Source of the DNA: Candidatus Latescibacterota bacterium
Lineage (GTDB): Bacteria; Latescibacterota; UBA2968
NCBI GenBank assembly: GCA_965204375.1
Contig: OZ241986.1
Span: forward strand, 2,912,001 to 2,976,000
DNA length: 64,000 bases
Reading direction: 5' to 3'
Positions 49,284 to 59,449 of this stretch are shown one piece after another (within the stretch, counting starts at the first letter, position 1; every line of letters begins with the position of its first letter). Below the pieces are notes generated by a model that was given only the letters and a program-made list of their open reading frames with translations, did not search any database and was not told where the DNA came from. The translations under genes were made by a program, and so were the position numbers.

Positions 49284-49579
49284 GGTTCTCTCCTTTATCG
49301 AAAAAATTCGTGATCTGAAAATAGGCAACACACGAGTCTCAAACAAGCGATTTTTTAATCTCACCATTAATCAGGGAATTTATCTATCGCATCACCGCTA
49401 AAGCGCTTTTTTTTACATCAGTAAAATCCCATCGGCTATTTGTCCGATATCCGAGATGTGTCTGCTTTAGCGCGCGATGTTAGAATGCCCCCCGGTTGGC
49501 GGCGCGTTCACACGCGCTCACGGCCGGGTTTTTTCATATCTTGCAGGCTTTTCGGCTAATTCTATAAAGGAGAATCCCC

Positions 49580-50644
49580 ATGAAACACCGCCTTCTCACC
49601 CTGTTCACACTTGGTATTGGCCTGCTCAGCACCCCTGCTTATGCAACGCCAGAAAGCCATGCCGCAGCCACTTTTTTGTTATTCGCACCATCGGCTCGCG
49701 CAGCGGGTATGGGCAATGCGTATGTCGCTATTGCCGATGACGCCAATGCCACGTACTACAATCCCGCCGCACTGGCCTCATTACAAATTCACAGTCTCAG
49801 CACCACCCTTTACAAACCCGTTCCCCGACTGGCCAGCGACATCTTTTCGTCATTTGGTGCTTACACACACCCGTTTAGTGACATTGGCAATCTGGGATAT
49901 AGCCTCATTTATAGTTCTTTGGGCGAACAACAACGCACCGATGAAGAGGGAAATCTTTTAGGTACATTTAAGAGCTACGGCATGGCCCTGGGCGTATCTT
50001 ATGGCACGCATCTCTTCAAAAATCTGGCCATGGGCATCACAGTTAAATTCATCTATGAACACCTCTCCGACACAGGTGCAGGTATTGAGCAAGGCAAAGG
50101 TACAGCGACTTCTTTTGCCGGAGACATAGGTCTCATGTGGGCTGCCACAGACCGGCTTAGCTTCGGCAGTGTGTTGCACAATGTTGGCCCAAACATGACT
50201 TTTATCGATGCCGATCAGGCAGATCCACTGCCACAGAATTTCGTTTTTGGCATTGCGTACAAAGTGATCAAAAACAACTCGTCTTCCCTGATGCTCACCG
50301 CTGATGTTTATAAACCCCTCGCCGCTGATGGTTTCTTTTCATTTATTTCGGGCTGGAATGACGACACCTTTGGCTGGAAGCCCAATCCGGGCGGCAATGG
50401 TTTTACGGAATTTGACGACATGGACTATCGAGTCGGTGCCGAATGGATGTACCAGCTTTCTGAAGATTCGGCTTTTGCCCTGCGCAGTGGCTACTCCTAT
50501 GATAAAGATGGCAAACGCAACTTTCCCACCTTTGGACTGGGCTTGAAATACAACTGGGCAAATTTCGATATCTCGTATTTTGTGCCGACAGAAGATACGC
50601 CTGCCAGCAATACATTCCGCTTCACGGGTGGATTTATATTTTAA
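49580..50644 (+). CDS. PorV/PorQ-family outer-membrane beta-barrel
   Basis: Signal peptide; FLLFAPSARAAGMGNAYVAIADDANATYYNPAAL plug motif; amphipathic strands; C-terminal Phe. Confidence 0.85.
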   Translation: MKHRLLTLFTLGIGLLSTPAYATPESHAAATFLLFAPSARAAGMGNAYVAIADDANATYYNPAALASLQIHSLSTTLYKPVPRLASDIFSSFGAYTHPFSDIGNLGYSLIYSSLGEQQRTDEEGNLLGTFKSYGMALGVSYGTHLFKNLAMGITVKFIYEHLSDTGAGIEQGKGTATSFAGDIGLMWAATDRLSFGSVLHNVGPNMTFIDADQADPLPQNFVFGIAYKVIKNNSSSLMLTADVYKPLAADGFFSFISGWNDDTFGWKPNPGGNGFTEFDDMDYRVGAEWMYQLSEDSAFALRSGYSYDKDGKRNFPTFGLGLKYNWANFDISYFVPTEDTPASNTFRFTGGFIF

Positions 50645-50701
50645 TCCTCGCAGGTTCAGCAAACCGACTCTCTTTGCGACGAAGACATCAATTGAAATAC
50701 A

Positions 50702-52045
50702 ATGCTAAATCTCTTGAGATATAATGCTAAACCCCGCCTTCTCGTGCTCGGTACCGCCAGTTTGCTGAACTTCGCGCTCTTAATTTCGCCTCTTTTCTCC
50801 CAAAATAGTAGCCCCCCCTCTTCGGACTTTAATGGCAATGGTGTCGTCGATTTCCCCGACTTCTTACTATTTGTCACCGCGTTTGGATCTCAAGCCAGTC
50901 AAGAGCGGTACGATGCGAAATACGATCTGGATGGAAATGGCGAGATTGCATTTGACGATTTTCTGTTATTTGTCGATAGCTTTGCGGCATCATCACAGCC
51001 ACCACCCCCCAGCGATCCACGCCTGACGCGGATTGAACTACCTGAAGGATTCCACATTCGCATATACGCCGAAGGGGTAACAGGCGCTCGCTCGATGAGC
51101 CTCAGCCCAGACGGCACCCTGTTTGTCGGCACCCGCCCCAGCGGCCGTGTGTACGCACTGCGCGACGAAGACGGCGACCACAAAGCAGAGCGGGTCATCC
51201 TCCTCGCCCGCGACCTGAATAACCCCAACGGCGTCGCCTTCAAGGATGGCGACCTGTACGTAGCCGAAATCAACCGCATCCTGCGCTATACCAATATCGA
51301 ATCACAACTCGACAACCCGCCGCAACCTGAAATTGTCAACGACGCTTTCCCCACGAATCGATCGCACGGCTGGAAGTTCATCCGCTTTGGTCCCGACGGT
51401 TTGCTGTACGTACCTGTCGGCGCGCCGTGCAACATCTGCAATCGCGGCGACCCATACGCATCAATCGGAAGATTGGACACCAATGGCAACTTCAGCATCA
51501 TAGCGCGGGGCATTCGCAACACAGTCGGCTTTGATTGGCACCCGGAAACGGGCGAACTGTGGTTCACGGACAATGGAAGAGACAGGATGGGCGACGATGT
51601 GCCACCGGACGAACTGAACAGAATAACCGCCAATGGACAGCACTTCGGCTATCCCTACTGCCACGGCACCAACATCGCCGATCCCGTATTCGGCGATCAG
51701 CGTGCTTGCGGCGAGTTCGTCGCGCCGGTCCAGAATCTCGGCCCGCACGTAGCGGCTCTGGGAATGCGCTTCTACACCGGCAACATGTTTCCAGAGGAGT
51801 ACCGCAATCAGATCTTCATCGCTGAACACGGATCCTGGAATCGCAGCAGCAAGATCGGCTACCGCGTCACCCTGGTGCGCCTGAATGGCAATAGGGCGGT
51901 CAGCTACGAGCCATTCGCAAAAGGCTGGCTTCAGGGCGAATCGAACTGGGGAAGACCCGTCGATGTACTCGTCATGCCCGACGGTTCCCTGCTGGTATCG
52001 GATGACCAGGCCGGTCTAATCTACCGCATCAGCTATTCTCACTAA
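50702..52045 (+). CDS. PQQ-dependent sugar/sorbosone dehydrogenase with N-terminal dockerin-like module
   Basis: DFNGNGVVDFPDFLLF...DLDGNGEIAFDDFLLF, then LPEGF, GAPCNIC, GIRNTVGFDWHP, HGSWNRS, GRPVDV. Confidence 0.9.
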   Translation: MLNLLRYNAKPRLLVLGTASLLNFALLISPLFSQNSSPPSSDFNGNGVVDFPDFLLFVTAFGSQASQERYDAKYDLDGNGEIAFDDFLLFVDSFAASSQPPPPSDPRLTRIELPEGFHIRIYAEGVTGARSMSLSPDGTLFVGTRPSGRVYALRDEDGDHKAERVILLARDLNNPNGVAFKDGDLYVAEINRILRYTNIESQLDNPPQPEIVNDAFPTNRSHGWKFIRFGPDGLLYVPVGAPCNICNRGDPYASIGRLDTNGNFSIIARGIRNTVGFDWHPETGELWFTDNGRDRMGDDVPPDELNRITANGQHFGYPYCHGTNIADPVFGDQRACGEFVAPVQNLGPHVAALGMRFYTGNMFPEEYRNQIFIAEHGSWNRSSKIGYRVTLVRLNGNRAVSYEPFAKGWLQGESNWGRPVDVLVMPDGSLLVSDDQAGLIYRISYSH

Positions 52046-52054
52046 TCTCGCATT

Positions 52055-55000
52055 ATGAATCTGAACTCACGCTTGACTATGATCCTTCTGTGCAGATGCG
52101 GGATACCCTGCGCAATCCTCCTGTATCTTATGGCTCTTTTTGTACAGCCCGTTATGGCTGTGGACTCCTATCGCGTCTTAGCCGTGCGCGTCTCTTTTCC
52201 CCCCGAAGACCCCGACAACGAAACCACCAGTGGGAACGGCACATTCAATCTCAGTACAGCCGAAAGTTCTGATCGCATCTATCCCTTTGACGCACCTCCC
52301 CACAACCGCGCCTATTTTGAAGCTCACCTGCAAGCTCTTTCCAATTATTATCGCGACATATCCCAGGGGCAATTGGCCATCGAATACGATGTCTATCCAC
52401 AAGACCCCACCGCGAGTTACGTCCTCGACACCCCCTTGATCGAATACGGCAATGGACGCACGAGGCGCGAAATAAATGAGCGCGTCACGCGGCTCTTTCG
52501 AGATGGTATTCGCGCCGCAGATGCCGCAGATGGTACAACCATAGATTTCTCAAAATATCGCGCCTTTGCAGTATTTCACGCGGGACTCGGCGGAGAAGCA
52601 GGTCAAAAACTCAACGACATACCCTCGGCTTTTATTTTTAAACGCGATCTCATCGAGTTCGCCGACGGCGCAATTGCCGTCAACAACGGAGCTTTTCAGG
52701 TCACATCGGGCATGCTATTGCCCGAAGCCATCAGCACAAACGGTCAGGGCGGTCTCAATGGCACGCTCGCCCGATTTTTTGCCTCGCAACTCGGCTTGCC
52801 CGGTCTTTCGGACTTTGAAAACGACCTGCCCGCCATTGGCGACTGGAGTTTGATGGATACGGGCGCCAACAATCAAATTGACGCCGCTCGCCTGGGTCTC
52901 CAATCCCTGAGAAACGATCCCGAATCCACCAGCACAAATTTGATCGGATTTTTGCCCAGTCGCCTGACGGCCTGGTCGCGCATAAAACTCGGCTGGCTCG
53001 AACCACTTGTGATCACCCACAACGACACCGTGGAAATCGCTGCATCCGGCAGCGCATCCGATCTTCCGCAGGCTATTCGCGTCCCCATCAGCGCCACGGA
53101 ATACTTTCTGATCGAAAATCGCATCTCGCGCCTCAATATTGAAAATCGCATCCCGCAAATCGAATTTTCCACCCCTCATAACGTCTGGCTTTCCTCAGAT
53201 GATTACGATGCATTCATACCCGGCTCGGGTATTCTCATCTACCACATTGACGATGCGATTATTCGAGCCAGCGACGCAGAAAAACACATCAACAGCCACC
53301 CCGATTACAAAATTGCACCTGCTCAATATCGCCGCGGTATTGCTCTCGAAGAAGCCGATGGTTTGCAAGACATCGGCAATGTATCGGCCAGCCGCATCAT
53401 TCAAGCTGGTATCATCTCATTAAGCAGTATCGAAGGCGCGCCAGAAGACGCCTTTTACGTAGGCAACAACGCCTTATTTGGTCCCGATACCTCGCCGAAT
53501 ACCCGCAGCAATTTGGGCTATGAAAGCGGCATAACCATCGAAGTGCTCAGTCCACCCGGTGAAGTAATGACAGTTGCAATCCGTTTTGCCAATCGGCTGG
53601 ACAACTGGCCGATTACAGACTTGAATCCCACGCGAGAGTCGCCCCGCGTCATCGACCTCGATAGAGATGGAATCAAAGAAATCCTTCACAGTTCTGGCAC
53701 GTGGAAAATCGCGGGTGTACAGCACAGCACAGACGAGTCATTTGCCACAACCCCTGCAATTGGCGACCCGGAAATAGCCGGATTCATCTACCATCGCGGA
53801 GAAACAACCCGAACGCACTGGCGTCCCAGTGGTACAGTCCACGAAACCGTCGATATCAATCCCCCTTCATCTTTTTCCACAACACCCGTCATTGCAAAAT
53901 TCCCCACAATATCTGTCGATATTTGGGGATGGAGCGATGGAAAAATCGAATGGGGCAATTTTCTATCTGAAATCGCAGGCAACATCGCCCTGAGCGACGC
54001 TATCCAATCGCTCGCCGTGGGCAATATCGACAGCGATTCGGACAATGAACTCATCGCCATTACCAGCAGTGCTCAGATCCACCTCATTCACGACACCGGC
54101 CAATCCACGCCACTCGCCACATTTGCGTCTCCCATCATCGGCGGCCCGGCAATAGGCGACCTCGACCGCGATGGCAATGACGACATTGCAGTCGTCTCAA
54201 CAGACGGCATCCTCTCCATCCTCGACGCCAACGGCCTCGCCTTTGCAAGCGACCCCGTGCCCGGCGGCGCGCATTCACCCCCTGTTGTCGCCGACCTCGA
54301 CCGCGACGGATTTATCGAAGTCCTCTTTGGCGGCAACGGCAAACTCTATATTTATCGCTTCAACGCCATCTTGCAAACCGAAGGCGCACTCGCCCTCCCG
54401 ATAAAAGACGGCGCCGGCCCCATTGAAGCACCGCCCATTCTCGCCGACATCAATAACGACACAATCCCCGATATTTTTGCGGGTACACGCGGTGGCCTCC
54501 TCTACGGACTGACCGCCGAAGGACATACCCTACCGGGCTTTCCCCTATTAGTACCCGGCCCCATTCTCTCATCGCCACTTATCGACGACCTTGACAACGA
54601 CGGCACCCTGGAACTCATTATCTATACCGCCGACGGCAGCGTACACCTCTTCCACCTGGAAACAATTGACCCATCTTATACAGGCAACAAAATTATCTGG
54701 GGGCAACTCGGAGGAGGACCGGGCAACGCGGGCAAATTGCTCCAACAGCCTCTCGAAACCAAAACCCCAACGGACACCTCGCTCTTACCCGCGACGCGAG
54801 CATACCTCTACCCCAACCCGGTCCGCAATGGCGACAGGGCGCGCATTCGCTTTTTTTTATTAGAACCCGCCGAAATCACTATGACTATCTACAACCCCCT
54901 CGGTGAAAAGATCGCCGACCTCACACACGACAATCCCATGCCCAACACCGACAACGAAATCGCATGGGATGTAGCCGATTACGCCAGCGGCCTCTATATT

Positions 55001-55069
55001 TGTCGCCTGCAAGCGAGCAATAGCACGCGCACAGAGGTGCGATTTATCAAAGCCGCGATAATTAAATAA
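52055..55069 (+). CDS. Secreted M6 (immune inhibitor A)-like protein with FG-GAP/VCBS repeats and T9SS/FlgD-type C-terminal domain
   Basis: FHAG, LGLPGL, GDWSLMD, AWSRIKLGW, EYFLIENR, GILIYHID; repeated GDLDRDG; C-terminal YPNPV...IYNPLGEKI...WD...ASGLYI. Confidence 0.8.
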   Translation: MNLNSRLTMILLCRCGIPCAILLYLMALFVQPVMAVDSYRVLAVRVSFPPEDPDNETTSGNGTFNLSTAESSDRIYPFDAPPHNRAYFEAHLQALSNYYRDISQGQLAIEYDVYPQDPTASYVLDTPLIEYGNGRTRREINERVTRLFRDGIRAADAADGTTIDFSKYRAFAVFHAGLGGEAGQKLNDIPSAFIFKRDLIEFADGAIAVNNGAFQVTSGMLLPEAISTNGQGGLNGTLARFFASQLGLPGLSDFENDLPAIGDWSLMDTGANNQIDAARLGLQSLRNDPESTSTNLIGFLPSRLTAWSRIKLGWLEPLVITHNDTVEIAASGSASDLPQAIRVPISATEYFLIENRISRLNIENRIPQIEFSTPHNVWLSSDDYDAFIPGSGILIYHIDDAIIRASDAEKHINSHPDYKIAPAQYRRGIALEEADGLQDIGNVSASRIIQAGIISLSSIEGAPEDAFYVGNNALFGPDTSPNTRSNLGYESGITIEVLSPPGEVMTVAIRFANRLDNWPITDLNPTRESPRVIDLDRDGIKEILHSSGTWKIAGVQHSTDESFATTPAIGDPEIAGFIYHRGETTRTHWRPSGTVHETVDINPPSSFSTTPVIAKFPTISVDIWGWSDGKIEWGNFLSEIAGNIALSDAIQSLAVGNIDSDSDNELIAITSSAQIHLIHDTGQSTPLATFASPIIGGPAIGDLDRDGNDDIAVVSTDGILSILDANGLAFASDPVPGGAHSPPVVADLDRDGFIEVLFGGNGKLYIYRFNAILQTEGALALPIKDGAGPIEAPPILADINNDTIPDIFAGTRGGLLYGLTAEGHTLPGFPLLVPGPILSSPLIDDLDNDGTLELIIYTADGSVHLFHLETIDPSYTGNKIIWGQLGGGPGNAGKLLQQPLETKTPTDTSLLPATRAYLYPNPVRNGDRARIRFFLLEPAEITMTIYNPLGEKIADLTHDNPMPNTDNEIAWDVADYASGLYICRLQASNSTRTEVRFIKAAIIK

Positions 55070-55074
55070 ACACT

Positions 55075-58000
55075 ATGTCTCGCAAATTCACACAAACAAT
55101 TCTCATTCTCCTGACCCTGAGCACACAGGCTCTCGCGCAATTTGGCGCCAATCATCCCGAACTGGACTGGCGCGTCATTGAAACCGAACACTTTAAAGTC
55201 TATTACCATCAGGGCCTGGAAAAACTGGCTCCGCGTGCTGCCCAGATCGCCGAAGACGCGTACGGCCCAATCGCGTCCTTTTACAATTTTGACCCCGACA
55301 GCAAAGTCCGCATCATCCTCAAAGACACCGAAGACTACGCCAATGGCGCGGCGTATTATTACCACAACACCATCGAAATCTGGGTCTCCAACCTCGACTT
55401 TGCACTGCGCGGCAGTACAGATTGGCTCCCAAATGTGATAACGCACGAATTGACGCACATCATCGCCCTTCAACTCGCCCGAAAATCCTCGCGACGCATC
55501 CCCGCCATCTTCGTCAACTACCTGCAATATCAGGGCGAAGGCAAACGCGCCGACATCCTCGCTGGCTATCCCAATGTCCTGGCCGCTTACGCCATTCCAG
55601 CCACCATCATTCCACCCTGGTTTGCCGAAGGCACGGCGCAATACATGGCACCGGGCGCACAACACGACCGCTGGGACTCGCACCGCGATATGGTCTTGCG
55701 CCAGGCCATGCGCAATGGGAGCTTGCTCACCCGCGACGAAATGTCCGTCTTTGGCGCGAAAACAGGTCTCGGATTTGAAAAAGTATATGACCACGGCTAT
55801 TCGCTCACCCTCTTTATTGTCGATACCTTTGGGCGCGACAAACTCCCCGAATTGTATCGGCAAATGAAAGTCTGGTGGCGCACGGATTTCGGCGGCGCAA
55901 TCCGCGCAACTCTGGGCATCTCTGCAAGCGAATTGCACACGCGCTGGGTCGCATCGCTCAAAAAACGCTATGCGGATCAAAACGCACAGATCGAAACCAA
56001 CCCCGCACAGGGCGACCTCATCCGCGACGATGGCTACCTCAACCTGCACCCCCGCTGGTCGCCCGATGGCACAAAACTCGCCTACCTCTCCAATAAAGGG
56101 CGCGATTATGGGCGCACGAGTTTGATGGTCTATACCCTCGCCGACAGCAGCGTGGAACTCGCCGCCCCCAGTGCGGTCACAGCCTTTGACTGGTCAACCG
56201 ATGGCGAGCAATTCCTCTACGCGCGCCACAGCCAGCCCAACAAATACGGCGGGCGGCAATGGGATTTCTATACCATAGATCCCAAAGCCTCAAAATCGAG
56301 CCTGTTCCAAAATGTCAAAACTGCCATTGGCCTCGCGCGTGCCACCTTCCCGGGCGAAACGCGACTCAGCACAGGCTTGCGCGGCATTTACCCGACCTAT
56401 TCGCCAGACGGAACGCAAATTGCATTTGCCAAAAATGGTGGAGGCAGCACCAACCTCTGTATCCTCGACATTGCAGCAGACACCATTCGCTACCTCACAT
56501 CCTTCGACGATGGCTCACAGGTTGCCACCCCGCGCTGGTCGCCCGATGGATCGCAAATCGCATTCTCGCTCTACCGAAGCGGCACCTCGCGAGACATAGC
56601 CACCATTCCCGCAACAGGTGGCGACTACACAGTTCGCGTTGCCTCCCGCGAAACTGACCGCGACCCGTGCTGGACACCCGATGGATCATCCCTCGTATTT
56701 GCCTCTGACCACGACGGCATCTTCAATCTGTATCGCGCCAATCTGTCCAACGGCACAATAGACCGCCTCACCCGCGTGTACGGCGGAGCATTTCAACCCC
56801 ACGTGCATCCAGATGGCGACCGCATTGCCTATGCCCACTACGGCAAAAACGCCTACGAAATTCGCGTTATCTCCCAGCCGTTAAATGAACCCGTGGCGAG
56901 CAACATCTTTCAGATCAAACCCTTCGCGCCCGCAACGCCCAAACCCGCAATAGCGAGCCGTCCATACAAAAATGAATTTTCATCCACCACCATACTTCCG
57001 CGTCTGGCAATCGACAGTGGAAAACTTAAACTCGGCGCCATAGCGGGATCCGACGACGTCTTGCGAAAGCAAACCTTTTTTATCAGTGGCCTGATCGCCC
57101 ACGATCTGGACATGGACCTGTACGCGCTTTACGAATACCGCAAAAGACGGCCCACCTTTTTTCTGGAAGCCTACCGTATATCGCGCCACGTTGAAGAAGA
57201 TATAATCAGCCGCGACGAAGACTTCCGCATCTACAACCGCACCTTCGCGCTGACGGGCATTGAAATAGGCGGCAAGTACACCCTGAGACGCGGCGGTACG
57301 ATCGACGCTCGTCTCGTGTATCATCGCACGGGCGCGGTTCTGGATCAAGCGCGGTTCAACGGCCTTAATCGCGACATAGTCGGTGCCACAACCCTCAACG
57401 GATTTGACCTCGCTCTCACCTATCGTCTCAATGCCATAGGCCGCTCGCGCGACTCGGAAATCAACCCCCGATCCGGACGCCGTCTCGCGCTGCGTTACGA
57501 CCGCTATTTCAACTGGTTCATCAGCGGCTTTGAGGAAAATACCTCGCTAATTATCGAAACCTACGACCGCTATTTTTACAACCAACTCTCCCTCGACTGG
57601 AACGAATTTATCCCGGTTGCTCCCGGCCGCAGTGCGCTGAGTTTCCGCTTTTTTGGCGGCGTGATCGACAGCGAAGTTGACGACACCTTTGACTTCTTCC
57701 TCGGCGGCTTGCCCGGCATGAAAGGATATACGTTTTACAGCCTGGAAGGCCGCCGCGCCCTGATGTTGCGGTCGGCTTATCGCTTTCCCTTATGGTCGCG
57801 CATCGATCGACAAACCGGTCCGATCTACTCCGACCAACTCTACGGCGCATTCTTTGCCGGAATCGCTCGCGCCTGGGATGGCACATCCGATGACGCGATA
57901 CTCAAACGCGGCTGGAAACGCGAACTGGGCACGCAATTGCGCTACGACGCCACCTCATTTTATCTTTTTCCTACACGCGCCAGCATCGACGTAGCCTATG

Positions 58001-58116
58001 GTTTTGACCATGTGCCTTTGCAACGGGCTGGCGATCCACTTGAACGAAGCGGCTTGAAGATTTATTTTACATTGTTATTTGGATTTGTCACAGATGTTGG
58101 GAAGGGTAGCTTTTAG
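55075..58116 (+). CDS. Peptidase-MA-like domain + TolB/PD40 beta-propeller + Omp85/BamA-like barrel fusion protein
   Basis: ETEHFKVYY, HELTH, PPWFAEG, repeated PxWSPDG, C-terminal amphipathic strands with FFLGG...MKGY loop; ends in Phe. Confidence 0.78.
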   Translation: MSRKFTQTILILLTLSTQALAQFGANHPELDWRVIETEHFKVYYHQGLEKLAPRAAQIAEDAYGPIASFYNFDPDSKVRIILKDTEDYANGAAYYYHNTIEIWVSNLDFALRGSTDWLPNVITHELTHIIALQLARKSSRRIPAIFVNYLQYQGEGKRADILAGYPNVLAAYAIPATIIPPWFAEGTAQYMAPGAQHDRWDSHRDMVLRQAMRNGSLLTRDEMSVFGAKTGLGFEKVYDHGYSLTLFIVDTFGRDKLPELYRQMKVWWRTDFGGAIRATLGISASELHTRWVASLKKRYADQNAQIETNPAQGDLIRDDGYLNLHPRWSPDGTKLAYLSNKGRDYGRTSLMVYTLADSSVELAAPSAVTAFDWSTDGEQFLYARHSQPNKYGGRQWDFYTIDPKASKSSLFQNVKTAIGLARATFPGETRLSTGLRGIYPTYSPDGTQIAFAKNGGGSTNLCILDIAADTIRYLTSFDDGSQVATPRWSPDGSQIAFSLYRSGTSRDIATIPATGGDYTVRVASRETDRDPCWTPDGSSLVFASDHDGIFNLYRANLSNGTIDRLTRVYGGAFQPHVHPDGDRIAYAHYGKNAYEIRVISQPLNEPVASNIFQIKPFAPATPKPAIASRPYKNEFSSTTILPRLAIDSGKLKLGAIAGSDDVLRKQTFFISGLIAHDLDMDLYALYEYRKRRPTFFLEAYRISRHVEEDIISRDEDFRIYNRTFALTGIEIGGKYTLRRGGTIDARLVYHRTGAVLDQARFNGLNRDIVGATTLNGFDLALTYRLNAIGRSRDSEINPRSGRRLALRYDRYFNWFISGFEENTSLIIETYDRYFYNQLSLDWNEFIPVAPGRSALSFRFFGGVIDSEVDDTFDFFLGGLPGMKGYTFYSLEGRRALMLRSAYRFPLWSRIDRQTGPIYSDQLYGAFFAGIARAWDGTSDDAILKRGWKRELGTQLRYDATSFYLFPTRASIDVAYGFDHVPLQRAGDPLERSGLKIYFTLLFGFVTDVGKGSF

Positions 58117-58132
58117 ATAGAGGAATTTCCCC

Positions 58133-58804
58133 ATGCGAAAATTCACACTCTGCACGCTTGTTTTCGCGCTGATGTGCGGGCAGGCCGCCGCGGAAAAATC
58201 GCCAAAAACGGCTTTCTTTCTCTCACTACTTGTACCGGGTTTGGGTGAATTATATGCCGGGGCCAAAATACGCGCCGTCGGGTTTATGGGCGCAGAAGCC
58301 CTCACCTGGACCGCTTATATTTCATGGCGAGGCAAAGGCAATGACATTAAGGAAGAATTTCGAGCGTATGCCGATCGGCATTGGCGGGAAGCGCGGTACA
58401 GCGCCTGGCGGGAATGGAACAAAACTCAGCCCGAGCCATATCATGAAACCCACGCCCTGCCCTCCAAAAGCGAAGACACGCAACAGTATTACGAACTCAT
58501 TGGCAAATACCATCAATTTGTCTATGGCTGGGACGATGTGACGGCTGACTTTTCCACCGATAACAAGAACGTGCCATCGTCACGCAGGCTGGACTATGAA
58601 ACCCGTCGCAACGACAGCAACAAATACCTCAAACGCGCGTCTGTTGTCACAGGCCTGGCCGTGCTCAACCACATTGCCAGTGCCATACACGCCTCGGCCT
58701 ATACGCGCACGTTACAAAAACAGACCGGGCCGGGCTTGTGGATCTACATCACGCCGGTTGATAGCCATGGACGGTCCATGGTCGAATTGAAAACGAGATT
58801 TTAG
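58133..58804 (+). CDS. Hypothetical exported/membrane protein (paralog 1, DUF5683-like)
   Basis: Signal peptide, KSPKTAFFLSLLVPGLGELYAG, QQYYELIGKY. Confidence 0.65.
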   Translation: MRKFTLCTLVFALMCGQAAAEKSPKTAFFLSLLVPGLGELYAGAKIRAVGFMGAEALTWTAYISWRGKGNDIKEEFRAYADRHWREARYSAWREWNKTQPEPYHETHALPSKSEDTQQYYELIGKYHQFVYGWDDVTADFSTDNKNVPSSRRLDYETRRNDSNKYLKRASVVTGLAVLNHIASAIHASAYTRTLQKQTGPGLWIYITPVDSHGRSMVELKTRF

Positions 58805-58808
58805 CATC

Positions 58809-59447
58809 ATGAAAACATCATCTCAAAAATCGCGTATTCTGATCGCATTCTCAATCGCCTGTTTGCTCGCGCCGTCTGCCGCCTTTGCACAAGAAGCGAA
58901 ATCACCGAAAAAAGCCGCCTTTTTATCGGTACTTTTACCCGGCCTGGGCGAGCGATATGCGGGCGGGCGAAAATCCGCGAAATTTTTTCTTTTCACCGAA
59001 GGCATGTTCTGGACGGGCGTATTTGCATTTAAAAAACTCAACACCACGCGAGAAAACACCTTCCGCGCCTATGCCGCGGCACGCGCTGGTGCAACCGCGG
59101 TCAAAAAACCCAACTCCCATTACGACCGCCTGTCCAGTTACAACAGCATCTACGACTACAATGCCCGGTTGCACTATGTCGAGGGCACATCGGCCACCCC
59201 ACTGCCAGAAACATCCGAAAACTTTTGGGAATGGGATACACCGTCTTCCCGCGAACACTTTCGAGAACTGAGGAGCAAAGCCACCTGGGCGCGCACACGC
59301 AGCTTTCTCTTTGTGGGCGCACTCATCTTCAACCGCTTTGCCAGCGCGTTAAATGCCGCCAGCATCGCCGCCAAAACCCGTCCTATTGCAACAGTCTCCC
59401 CCAACACCTCTGGGGAATTACAGGTGCGATTCTCAGTCCGGTTTTGA
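58809..59447 (+). CDS. Hypothetical exported/membrane protein (paralog 2, DUF5683-like)
   Basis: Signal peptide, KSPKKAAFLSVLLPGLGERYAG, WEWD; clearly related to the upstream gene. Confidence 0.65.
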   Translation: MKTSSQKSRILIAFSIACLLAPSAAFAQEAKSPKKAAFLSVLLPGLGERYAGGRKSAKFFLFTEGMFWTGVFAFKKLNTTRENTFRAYAAARAGATAVKKPNSHYDRLSSYNSIYDYNARLHYVEGTSATPLPETSENFWEWDTPSSREHFRELRSKATWARTRSFLFVGALIFNRFASALNAASIAAKTRPIATVSPNTSGELQVRFSVRF

Positions 59448-59449
59448 CA

